Origin: the human T2T-CHM13v2.0 reference genome, Homo sapiens
Strand: one strand, 5' to 3'
Length of the DNA stretch: 64,000 nt
NCBI RefSeq assembly: GCF_009914755.1
Contig: NC_060933.1
The notes under the pieces: generated by a model
The model's database searches: none
What the model saw: only the letters and a program-made list of their open reading frames with translations
Told to the model about the DNA's origin: nothing
In this document: in pieces, positions 1 to 13,600 of the stretch
Position numbering within the stretch: position 1 is the stretch's first letter
Layout of the letters: each line of letters opens with the position of its first letter
Program-made: the position numbers and the translations under genes

Positions 1-470
1 TTTCACTCCATTCCATTGCACTCGGTTTGATTCCATTCCATTTCATTCCATTCCATTCCGGATGATTCCATTCCATTGCATTCCATTCCATTCCATTCCC
101 CTGCACTCAGGTTGATTCCATTCCATTCCATTCCACTCCATTCGGTTCCGTTCCATTCCATTCTATTGCATTCCATTCTATTCGGGTTAATTCCATTCCA
201 TTCTATTCCATTCCATTCCATTCCATTCCATTGCAATGGAGTTGATTCCATTCCATTCCATTCCATTCCGGATGATTCCATTCCATGGCATTCCATTCCA
301 TTCCATTCCCCTGCACTCGTGTTGATTCCATTACCTTCTATTCCATTCCATTCCGTTCCATTCCATTGCATTCCATTCTATTCCGGTTAATTCCATTCCA
401 TTCCATTCCATTCCATTCCATTCCATTGCAATCGAGTTGATTCCATTCCATTCCTTTCCATTCCATTGCA

Positions 471-612
471 TTGCCTTGCATTCCAATCGGGTTGATTCCA
501 TTCCCTTCTTTCCACTCCATTATATTCCCTTCCATTCCATTCCATTGCCTTGCATTCCAATCGGGTTGATTCCATTCCCTTCTTTCCACTCCATTACATT
601 CCCTTCCATTCC
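471..612 (+). repeat. 74-bp tandem duplication of a rare junction module
   Basis: TTGCCTTGCATTCCAATCGGGTTGATTCCATTCCCTTCTTTCCACTCCATTA(T/C)ATTCCCTTCC starts at 471 and again at 545. Confidence 0.9.
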
Positions 613-2345
613 ACTCGGAATGATTGATTCCATTCCATTCCATTCCATTTCATTCCATTGCAATCCATTCCAATCCATTCCATTCCATTGCACTCGAGTT
701 GATTTCATTCCATTCCTTTCCATTCCATTCCATTCCTTTCCATTCGAGTTGATTCCATTCCATTCCATTCCATTGCATTCCATTCCATGCCATTCCACTC
801 GGGTTGATTCCATTCCTTTGCATTCCATTCCATTCCATTCCATTCCATTCCATTCCATTTCATTCCATTCCATTCCGGATGATTCCATTCCATTGCATTC
901 CATTCCATTCCATTCCCCTGCACTCGCGTTGATTCCATTCCGTTCCATTCCATTCCATTCCATTCCATTCCGTTCCGTTCCGTTCCGTTCCATTCCATTC
1001 CATTCCATTCCATTCCGTTCCGTTCCATTGCATTCCATTCCATTCTATTCGGGTTAATTCCATTCCATTCCATTCCATTCCATTCCATTCCATTCCAATC
1101 GAGTTGATTCCATTCCATTCCATTCCATTCCATTCCATTCCACTCCATTCCAGTCCTTTCCATTCCATTCCACTCCGGTTGATTCCAATGTATTCCTTTC
1201 CATTCCATTCCATTCCATTGCAATCGAGTTGATTCCATTGCTTTGCATTCCATTCCATTCCATTCCATTCCGGATGATTCCATTCCATTGTATTCCATTC
1301 CATTCCATTCCCCTGCACTCGGGTTGATTCCATTCCATTCCACTCCATTCCGTTCCATTCCATTCCATTCCATTGTATTCGGGTTAATTCCATTCCATTC
1401 CATTCCATTCCATTCCATTCCATTCCATTCCATTACATTCGAGTTGATTCCATTCCATTCCATTCCATTCCAGTCCTTTCCATTCCATTCCACTCGGGTT
1501 GATTCCATTCTATTAGTTTCCATTCCATTCCATTCCCTTCCATTCCACTCTGGTTGATTCCATTCCTTTCCATTCCAGTCGAATAAATTCCCTCATATTC
1601 CACTCGCAACGATTCCATTCCATTCCATTCCATTCCATTCCATTTCGTTCCATTCCTTTCTATTCCGTATCATTCCATTCCATTACATTCCATTCCATTC
1701 CATTCCACTCGTGTTGATTCCATTCCTTTCCATTCCATTCGGTTTGAAGGCATTCCATTCCATTCCATTCCATTCCATTCCATTCCATTCCATTCCATTC
1801 CATTCCATTGTACTCTGGTTCATTGCATTCCATTGCATTCCATTCCATTCCATTCCGTTGCATTCCATTCCATTACATTCGGATTGATTCTATTCAACTC
1901 AATTACATTCCATTACATTCCATTCCATTCGGGTTCTTCCATTCCATTCCATTCCATTCCACTCCATTCCATTGCACTCGGGTTGATTCCATTCCATTCC
2001 ATTCCATTCCATTCCATTCCATTCCATTCCATTCCGGATGATTCCATTCCATTGCATTCCGTTCCATTACATTCCCCTGCACGCGCGTGGATTCCATTCC
2101 ATTCCATTCAATTCCATTAAATTACAATTCGTTACATTCCATTCTATTCCGTACTATTCCATTCCATTCCATACCATTCCATTCCATTCCATTCCATTCC
2201 ATTCCGTTCCATTCCGTTCCATTGCATTCCATTCCATTCTATTCGGGTTCATTCTATTCCATTCCATTCCATTCCATTCTATTCCATTCCATTGCAATCG
2301 GGTTGAATCAATTGCATTTCATTCCATTCCATTCCATTCCATTCC

Positions 2346-2360
2346 ATTCCGGAAGATTCC
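2346..2360. promoter_or_regulatory. Canonical three-unit heat-shock element (nTTCnnGAAnnTTCn); first of about 45-50 copies in the window
   Basis: ATTCCGGAAGATTCC reads aTTCc-gGAAg-aTTCc, an exact match to the HSF consensus. Occupancy at these positions is inferred from known HSF1 binding to satellite III and is not shown here. Confidence 0.6.
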
Positions 2361-5300
2361 ATTCCATTGCATTCCATTCCATTCCATTCCCCTGCACTCG
2401 CGTTGATTCCATTCCATTCCATTCCATTCCGTTCCATTCCGTTCCGTTCCATTCCATTCCATTCCATTCCATTCCATTCCATTCCATTCCGTTCCTTTCC
2501 ATTCTATTCCATTCCATTCTATTCGGGTTAATTCCATTCCATTCCATTCGATTGCAATCGAGTTGATTCCATTCCATTCCATTCCATTCTATTCCATTCC
2601 ATTGCACTCGGGTTGATTCCATTCCATTGTATTCCATTCCATTCCATTCCATTCCATTCCTTTCCATTCCATTCCATTCCGTTCCATTCCTCTCCATTAC
2701 ATTCGGATTGATTCTATTCAATTCCCTTACACTCCATTACATTCCATTCCATTAGGGTAGTTTCCACTCCATTCCAATCCATTTCTCTCCATTGCATTGC
2801 ACTCGGGTTGATTCCATTCCATTGCATTCCACTCCATTCGGGTAGTTTCCACTCCATTCCATTCCATTCCTCTGCATTCCATTGCACTCGGGTTGATTCC
2901 ATTCCATTGCATTCCATTCAATTCCATTCAATTCCATTCCGTTCCATTCCATTCCATTACATTCGGATTGATTCTATTCAACTCCCTTACTCTCCATTAC
3001 ATTCGATTCCATTCGGGTGGTTCCATTCCATTCCATTCCATTCCACTCCATTCCATTGCACTCGGGTTGATTCCATTACATTCCATTCCATTCCGGAAGA
3101 TTCCATTCCATTGCATTCCATTACATTCCATTCCCCTGCACTCGCGTTGATTCCATTCCTTTCCATTCCATTCCATTCCATTCCATTCCGTTCCGTTCCA
3201 TTCCATTCCATTCCATTCCATTCCATTCCATTCCGTTCCGTTCCATTCCATTCCATTCCATTCTATTCGGGTTAATTCCATTCCATTCCATTCCATTGCA
3301 ATCGTGTTGATTCCATTCCATTCCATTCCATTCCATTCCATTCAATTCCATTCCGTTCCATTCCATTCCATTACATTCGGATTGATTCTATTCAACTCCC
3401 TTACTCTCCATTACATTCCATTCCATTCGGGTTGTTCCATTCCATTCCATTCCATTCCACTCCATTCCATTGCACTCGGATTTATTCCATTCCATTCCAT
3501 TCCATTCCATTCCATTCCATTCCGGAAGATTCCATTCCATTGCATTCCATTCCATTCCATTCCCCTGCACTGGCGTTGATTCCACTCCATTCCATTCCAT
3601 TCCATTCCATTCCATTCCATTCCTGTCCGTTCCATTCCATTCCATTCCATTCCATTCCATTTCATTCCGTTCCGTTCCGTTCCATTATGGATGATTCCAT
3701 TCCATTGCATTCCATTCCATTCCATTCCTTTCCATTCCATTATGGATGATTCCATTCCATTGCATTCCATTCCATTCCATTCCCCTGTACTCGGGTTGAT
3801 TCCATTCCATTCCATTCCATTCCATTCTATTCCATTCCATTGCATTCCATTCCATTCCATTCCCCTGCACTCGCGTTGATTCCATTCCATTCCATTCCAT
3901 TCCATTCCATTCCATTCCATTCCGATCCGTTCCGTTCCATTCCATTCCATTCCATTCCATTCCGTTCCGTTCCATTCCATTCCATTCCATTCCATTCTAT
4001 TCGGGTTAATTCCATTCCATTCCATTCATTTGCAATCGAGTTGATTCCATTCCATTCCATTCCATTCCATTCCATTCCTTTCCATTACATTACGGGTGAT
4101 TCCATTCCATTTCATTCCATTCCATTCCATTCCCCTGTACTCGGGTTGATTCCATTCCATTCCATTCCAATCCATGCCATTCCACTCGTGTTGATTGCAT
4201 TCTTTCCATTCCATTCAAGTTGAATCCATTCCATTGCATTCCATTCCATTCCATTCCCCTGCAGTCGGGTTGATTCCTTTCCATTCCGTTCCATTCCATT
4301 CCATTCCATTCCATTCCATTCCGTTCCGTTCCATTCCATTCCATTCCATTCTATTCGGGTTAATTCCATTCCATTCCATTCCATTCCATTCCAATCGAGT
4401 TGATTCCATTCCATTCCATTCCATTCCATTCCACTCCATTCCAGTCCTTTCCATTCCATTACACTCTGGTTGATTCCAATGTATTCGTTTCCATTCCATT
4501 CCATTCCATTGCAATCGAGTTGATTCCATTGCTTTGCATTCCATTCCATTCCATTCCATTCCATTCCGGATGATTCCATTCCATTCCATTCCATTCCCCT
4601 GCACTCGGGTAGATTCCATTCCATTCCACTCCATTCCGTTCCGTTCCATTCCATTCCATTGTATTCGGGTTAATTCCATTCCATTCCATTCCATTCCATT
4701 CCATTACAATCGAGTTGATTCCATTCCATTCCATTCCATTCCAGTCCTTTCCATTCCATTCCACTCGGGTTGATTCCATTCTATTAGTTTCCATTCCATT
4801 CCATTCCCTTCCATTCCACTCTGGTTGATACCATTCCTTTCCATTCCACTCGAATACATTCCCTCCTATTCCACTCGGAACGATTCCATTCCATTCCATT
4901 CCATTCCATTCCATTCCATTCCATTCCATTCCATTTCGTTCCATTCCATTCTATTCCGTATCATTCCATTCCATTCCATTCCATTCCATTCCATTCCATT
5001 CCATTGTACTCGGGTTGATTCAATTCCATTGCATTCCATTCCATTCCATTCCATTCCATTCCATTCCGTTGCATTCCATTCCATTACATTCGGATTGATT
5101 CTATTCAACTCCCTTACTCTCCATTACATTCCATTGCACTCGGGTTGATTCCATTCCTTTCCATTCCACTCCATTCCATTCCGGATGATTCCATTCCATT
5201 GCATTCCGTTCCGTTACATTCCCCTGCACTCGCGTTGATTCCATTCCATTCCATTCCATTCCATTCCATTCAATTCCATTCCATTACAATTCGTTCCATT

Positions 5301-7099
5301 CCATTCTATTCCGTACCATTCCATTCCATTCCATACCATTCCATTCCATTCCATTCCATTCCATTCCGTTCCATTCCGTTCCATTCCATTCCATTCCATT
5401 CTATTCGGATTAATTCCATTCCATTCCATTCCATTCCATTCTATTCCATTCCATTGCAATCGAGTTGAATCCATTGCATTTCATTCCCTTCCATTCCATT
5501 CCGGAAGATTCCATTCCATTGCATTCCATTCCATTCCATTCCCCTGCACTCGCGTTGATTCCATTCCATTCCATTCCATTCCATTCCATTCCATTCCATT
5601 CCGTTCCGTTCCGTTCCGTTCCGTTCCATTCCATTCCATTCCATTCCGTTCCGTTCCGTTCCATTCCATTCCATTCCATTCCATTCTATTCGGGTTAATT
5701 CCATTCCATTCCATTCGATTGCAATCGAGTTGATTCCATTCCATTCCATTCCATTCCAGTCCTTTCCATTCCATTCCTCTCGGGTTGATTCCATTCTATT
5801 AGTTTCCATTCCATTCCATTCCCTTCCATTCCACTCTGGTTGATTCCATTCCTTTCCATTCCACTCGAGTACATTCCCTCCTATTCCACTCGGAACGATT
5901 CCATTCCATTCCATTCCATTCCATTCCATTTCGTTCCATTCCATTCTATTCCGTATCATTCCATTCCATTCCATTCCATTCCATTGCATTCCATTCCATT
6001 CTATTCCATTGTACTCGGGTTGATTCAATTCCATTGCATTCCATTCCATTCCATTCCATTCCATTCCGTTGCATTCCATTCCATTACATTCGGATTGATT
6101 CTATTCAACTCCCTTACTCTCCATTACATTCCATTCCATTCGGGTTGTTCCATTCCATTCCATTCCATTCCACTCCATTCCATTGCACTCGGGTTGATTC
6201 CATTCCATTCCATTCCATTCCATTCCATTCCATTCCGGATGATTCCATTCCATTGCATTCCGTTCCATTACATTCCCCTGCACTCGCGTTGATTCCATTC
6301 CATTCCATTCAATTCCATTCCATTACAATTCGTTCCATTCCATTCTATTCCGTACCATTCCATTCCATTCCATACCATTCCATTCCATTCCATTCCATTC
6401 CATTCCGTTCCATTCCGTTCCATTCCATTCCATTCCATTCTATTCGAATTAATTCCATTCCATTCCATTCCATTCCATTCCATTCTATTCCATTCCATTG
6501 CAATCGAGTTGAATCCATTGCATTTCATTCCATTCCATTCCATTCCATTCCATTCCATTCCATTCCATTCCATTCCGGAAGATTCCATTCCATTGCATTC
6601 CATTCCATTCCATTCCCCTGCACTCGCTTTGATTCCATTCCATTCCATTCCATTCCATTCCATTCCATTCCATTCTGTTCCGTTCCATTCCATTCCATTC
6701 CATTCCATTCCTTTCCGTTCCATTCCATTCCATTCCATTCTATTCGGGTTAATTCCATTCCATTCCATTCGATTGCAATCGAGTTGATTCCATTCCATTC
6801 CATTCCATTCCATTCCATTCCATTCAATTCCATTCCATTCCTTTCCATTCCTTTACGGATGATTCCATTCCTTGGCATTCCATTCCATTCCATTCCCCTG
6901 TACTCGGGTTGATTCCATTCCATTCCATTCCAATCCATGCCATTCCACTCCTGTTGATTCCATTCTTTCCATTCCATTCAAGTTGAATCCATTCCATTGC
7001 ATTCCATTCCATTCGATTCCACTCGATTGCACTCGGGTTGATTCCATTCCATTGCATTCCATTCCATTCCATTCCATTCCGTTCCGTTCCATTCCATTA

Positions 7100-8510
7100 C
7101 ATTCGGATTGATTCTATTCCACTCCCTTACTCTCCATTACATTCCATTCCATTCGAGTTGTTCCATTCCATTCCATTCCATTCCACTCCATTCCATTGCA
7201 CTCGGGTTGATTCCATTCCATTCCATTCCATTCCATTCCATTCCATTCCATTCCATTCCATTCCGGAAGATTCCATTCCATTGCATTCCATTCCATTCCA
7301 TTCCCCTGCACTCGCGTTGATTCCATTCCATTCCATTCTATTCCATTCCATTCCCTTCCTTTCCGTTCCATTCCATTCCATTCCATTCCGTTCCGTTCCA
7401 TTCCATTCCATTCCGTTCCGTTCCATTCCATTCCATTCCATTCTATTCGGGTTAATTCCATTCCATTCCATTCGATTGCAATCGAGTTGATTCCATTCCA
7501 TTCCATTCCATTCCATTCCATTCCTTTCCATTCCATTACGGATGATTCCATTCCATTGCATTCCATTCCATTCCATTCCCCTGTACTCGGGTTGATTCCA
7601 TTCCATTCCATTCCAATCCATACCATTCCACTCGTGTTGATTCCATTCTTTCCATTCCACTCAATTTGAATCCATTCCATTGCATTCCATTCCATTCGAT
7701 TCCATTCGATTGCACTTGGGTTGATTCCATTCCATTGCATTCCATTCCATTCCATTCCATTCCGTTCCATTCCATTCCATTACATTCGGATTGATTCTAT
7801 TCAACTCCCTTACTCTCCATTACATTCCATTCCATTCGAGTTGTTCCATTCCATTCCATTCCATTCCACTCCATTCCATTGCACTCGGGTTGATTCCATT
7901 CCATTCCATTCCATTCCATTCCATTCCATTCCATTCCATTCCGGAAGATTCCATTCCATTGCATTCCATTCCATTCCATTCCCCTGCACTCGCGTTGATT
8001 CCATTCCATTCCATTCTATTCCATTCCATTCCCTTCTTTTCCGTTCCATTCCATTCCATTCCATTCCATTCCATTCCATTCCGTTCCGTTCCGTTCTATT
8101 CCATTCCATTCCATTCCATTCCGTTCCGTTCCATTCCATTCCATTCCATTCTATTCGGGTTAATTCCATTCCATTCCATTCGATTGCAATCGAGTTGATT
8201 CCATTCCATTCCATTCCATTCCATTCCATTCCATTCCATTCCATTCCATTCCTTTCCATTCCATTACGGATGATTCCATTCCATTGCATTCCATTCCATT
8301 CCATTCCCCTATACTCGGGTTGATTCCATTCCATTCCATTCCAATCCATGCCATTCCACTCGTGTTGATTCCATTCTTTCCATTCCATTCAAGTTGAATC
8401 CATTCCATTGCATTCCATTCCATTCGATTCCATTCGATTGCACTCGGGTTGATTCCATTCCATTGCATTCCATTCCATTCCATTCCATTCCGTTCCATTC
8501 CATTTCATTA
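7100..8510 (+). repeat. ~683-730-bp local tandem duplication
   Basis: ATTCGAGTTGTTCC at 7151 and 7834. TTCTATTCCATTCCATTCCCTTC at ~7336 and ~8014. ORF pair 7108/7791. Confidence 0.8.
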
Positions 8511-10639
8511 CATTCAGATTGATTCTATTCAATTCCCTTACACTCCATTATATTCCAATCCATTCTGGTTGTCTCCATTCCATTCCATTCGATTTCACTC
8601 CATTCCATTGCACTCGGGTTGATTCCATTCCATTCCATTCCATTGCATTCCATTCCATTCCATTCCGGATGATTCCATTCTATTGCATTCCATTCCATTC
8701 CATTCCCCTGCACTAGGGTTGATTCCATTCCAATCCATTCCATTACATTCCGTTCCATTCCATTCCATTCCATTCGGATTGATTCTATTCAATTCCCTTA
8801 CACTCCATTACATTCCATTCCATTCGGGTAGTTTCCATTCCATTCCATTCCATTCCTCTCCATTCCATTGCACTCGGGTTGATTCCATTCCATTCCATTC
8901 CATTCCATTCCATTCCATTACATTACATTCCTTTCCGTTCCATTGTACTCGGGTTGATTCCATTCCATTGCATTCCATTCCATTCCATTCCATTCCACTC
9001 CATTCCATTCCATTCCGTTCCATTACATTACATTCGGATTGATTCTATTCAACTCCCTTACTCTCCATTACATTCCATTCCATTCGGGTTGTTCCATTCC
9101 ATTCCATTCCATTCCACACCATTCCATTGCGCTCGGGTTGATTCCATTCCCTTCCATTCCATTCCATTCCATTCCATTCCATTCCATTCTAGATGATTCC
9201 ATTCCATTGCATTCCGTTCCATTACATTCCGCTGCACTCGGGTTGATTCCATTCCATTCCATTCCATTCCATTCCTTTCCATTCCATTCCAATTCTTTCC
9301 ATTCCATTCTATTCCGTACCATTCCATTCCATTGCATACAATTCCATTCCATTCCATTCCACTCCGTTCCGTTCCGATCCGTTCTGTTCCGTTAAATTCC
9401 ATTCCATTCCATTCTATTCGGCTTAATTCCATTCCATTCCATTCCATTCTATTCCATTCCATTGCAATCGAGTTGAATCCATTGCATTCCATTCCATTCC
9501 ATTCCATTCCATTCCATTCAATTCCGGAAGATTCCATTCCATTGCATTCCATTCCATTCCATTCCATTCCATTCCATTCCATTCCATTCCATTCCATTGT
9601 ACTCGGGTTGATTCCATTCCATTGCATTCCATTCCATTCCATTCCATTCCATTCCATTCCATTCCGTTACATTCCATTCCATTACATTCGGATTGATTCT
9701 TTTCAACTCCCTTACTCTCCATTACATTCCATTCCATTCGGGTTGTTCCATTCCATTCCTTTCCATTCCACTCCATTCCATTGCACTCGGGTTGATTCCA
9801 TTCCATTCCATTCCATTCCATTCCGGATGATTCCATTCCATTGCATTCCGTTCCATTACGTTCCTCTGCACTCGGGTTGATTCCATTCCATTCCTTTCCA
9901 TTCCATTCGATTCCATTCCATTCCCCTGTACTCGCGTTGATTCCATTCCATTCCATTCCGTTCCATTCCATTCCATTCCATTCCTTTCCTTTCCATTCCA
10001 TTCCACTCCATTCCATTCCGTTCCGTTCCATTCCATCCTATTCCATTCTATTCGGGTTAATTCCATTCCATTCCATTCGATTGCAATCGAGTTGATTCCA
10101 TTCCATTCCATTCCATTCCAGTCCTTTCCATTTCTTTCCATTCCATTACTGATGATTCCATTCCATTCCATTCCATTCCATTCCATTCCATTCCCCTGTA
10201 CTCGGGTTGATTCCATTCCATTCCATTCCAATCCATGCCATTCCACTCGTGTTGATTCCATTCTTTCCTTTCCATTCAAGTTGAATCCATTCCATTGCAT
10301 TCCATTCCATTTGATTCCATTCGATTGCACTCGGGTTGATTCTATTCCATTGCATTCCATTCAATTCCATTCCATTCCATTCCATTCCATTCCATTCCAT
10401 TCCATTCCACTCTGGTTGATTCCATTCCTTTCCATTCCACTCGCATACATTCCCTCCTATTCCACTCGGAACGATTCCATTCCATTCCATTCCATTCCAT
10501 TCCATTCCATTCCATTTTGTTCCATTCCATTCTATTCCGTATCATTCCATTCTATTCCATTCCATTCCATTCCATTCCATTCCATTCCATTCCATTCCAT
10601 TGTACTCGGGTTGATTCCATTCCATTGCATTCCATTCCA

Positions 10640-13600
10640 TTCCATTCCATTCCATTTCATTCTATTATATTCCATTCCATTCCATTCCATTCCATTCCGT
10701 TGCATTCCATTCCATTACATTCGGATTGATTCTATTCAACTCAATTACATTCCATTACATTCCATTCCATTCGGGTTGTTCCATTCCATTCCATTCCATT
10801 CCACTCCATTCCATTGCACTCGGGTTGATTCCATTCCATTCCATTCCATTCCATTCCATTCCATTCCGGATGATTCCATTCCATTGCATTCCTTTCCATT
10901 ACATTCCCCTGCACTCGCGTTGATTCCATTCCATTCCATTCAATTCCATTAAATTACAATTCGTTACATTCCATTCTATTCCGTACCATTCCATTCCATT
11001 CCATACCATTCCATTCCATTCCATTCCATTCCATTCCGTTCCATTCCGTTCCATTTCATTCCATTCCATTCTATTCGGGTTCATTCTATTCCATTCCATT
11101 CCATTCCATTCTATTCCATTCCATTGCAATCGAGTTGAATCCATTGCATTTCATTCCATTCCATTACATTCCATTCCATTCCGGAAGATTCCATTCCATT
11201 GCATTCCAATCCATTCCATTCCCCTGCACTCGCGTTGATCCCATTCCATTCCATTCCATTCCATTCCATTCCGTTCCGTTCCATTCCATTCCATTCCATT
11301 CCATTCCATTCCATTCCATTCCGTTCCTTTCCATTCCATTCCATTCCATTCTATTCGGGTTAATTCCATTCCATTCCATTCGATTGCAATCGAGTTGATT
11401 CCATTCCATTGCATTCCATTCCATTCGATTCCATTCGATTGCACTCGGGTTGATTCCATTCCATTGCATTCCATTCCATTCCATTCCATTCCATTCCATT
11501 CCATTCCGTTCAATTCCTTTCCATTACATTCGGATTGATTCTATTCAATTCCCTTACACTCCATTACATTCCATTCCATTCGGGTAGTTTCCACTCCATT
11601 CCATTCCATTTCTCTCCATTCCATTGCACTCGGGTTGATTCCATTCCATTGCATTCCACTCCATTCGGGTAGTTTCCACTCCATTCCATTCCATTCCTCT
11701 CCATTCCATTTCACTCGGGTTGATTCCACTCCATTGCATTCCATTCCATTCCATTCAATTCCATTCCGTTCCATTCCATTCCATTACATTCGGATTGATT
11801 CTATTCAACTCCCTTACTCTCTATTACATTCCATTCCATTCGGGCTGTTCCATTCCATTCCATTCCATTCCACTCCATTCCATTGCACTCGGGTTTATTC
11901 CATTCCATTCCATTCCATTCCATTGCACTCCATTCCATTCCATTCCGGAAGATTCCATTCCATTGCATTCCATTCCATTCCATTCCCCTGCACTCGCGTT
12001 GATTCCATTCCATTCCATTACATTCCATTCCATTCCAATCCATTCCTTTCCCTTCCATTCCATTCCATTCCATTCCATTCCATTCCATTCCATTCCGTTC
12101 CTTTCCGTTCCTTTCCATTCCATTCCATTCTATTCGGGTTAATTCCATTCCATTCCTTTCGATTGCAATCGAGTTGATTCCATTCCATTCCATTCCATTC
12201 CATTCCATTCCATTCCATTACGGATGATTCCATTCCATTGCATTCCATTCCATTCCATTCCCCTGTACTCGGGTTCATTCCATTCCATTCCATTCCAATC
12301 CATGCCATTCCACTCGTGTTGATTCCATTCTTTCCATTCCATTCAAGTTGAATCCATTCCATTGCATTCCATTCCATTCCATTCCCCTGCAGTCGGGTTG
12401 ATTGCATTCCATTCCATTCCATTCCATTCCATTCCATTCCATTCCGTTCCGTTCCGTTCCATTCCATTCCATTCCATTCTATTCGGGTTAATTCCATTCC
12501 ATTCCATTCCATTCCATTCCATTCCAATCGAGTTGATTCCATTCCATTCCATTCCATTCCATTCCACTCCATTTCAGTCCTTTCCATTCCATTCCACTCG
12601 GGTTGATTCCAATGTATTCCTTTCCATTCCATTCCATTCCATTGCAATCGAGTTGATTCCATTGCTTTGCATTCCATTCCATTCCATTCCATTCCGGATG
12701 ATTCCATTCCATTGCATTCCATTCCATTCCATTCCCCTGCACTCGGGTTGATTCCATTCCATTCCACTCCATTCCGTTCCATTCCATTCCATTGTATTCG
12801 GGTTAATTCCATTCCATTCCATTCCATTCCATTCCATTCCATTACAATCGAGTTGATTCCATTCCATTCCATTCCATTGCAGTCCTTTCCATTCCATTCC
12901 ACTCGGGTTGATTCCATTCTATTAGTTTCCATTCCATTACATTCCCTTCCATTCCACTCTGGTTGATTCCATTCCTTTCCATTCCACTCGAATACATTCC
13001 CTCCTATTCCACTCGGAATGATTCCATTCCATTCCATTCCATTCCATTCCATTCCATTTCGTTCCATTCCATTCTATTCCGTATCATTCCATTCCATTCC
13101 ATTCCATTCCATTCCATTCCATTCCACTCGTGTTGATTCCATTCCTTTCCATTCCATTCGGTTTGAAGGCATTCCATTCCATTCCATTCCATTCCATTCC
13201 ATTCCATTCCATTCCATTCCATTATAGTCTGGTTGATTGCATTCCGTTGCATTCCATTCCATTCCATTCCGTTGCATTCCATTCCTTTACATTCGGATTG
13301 ATTCTATTCAACTCAATTACATTCCATTACATTCCATTCCATTCGGGTTCTTCCATTCCATTCCATTCCATTCCACTCCATTCCATTGCACTCGGGTTGA
13401 TTCCATTCCATTCCATTCCATTCCATTCCATTCCATTCCGGATGATTCCATTCCATTGCATTCCGTTCCATTACATTCCCCTGCGCTAGGGTTGATTCCA
13501 TTCCATTCCATTCAATTCCATTAAATTACAATTCGTTACTTTCCATTCTATTCCGTACCATTCCATTCCATTCCATACCATTCCATTCCATTCCATTCCA

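Noticed and set aside
323-333. TGATTCCATTA, a loose DUX4-like motif (also ~3068 and ~52334)
   Set aside because: Only about three copies, each one substitution from the ubiquitous TGATTCCATTC, which is expected by chance.
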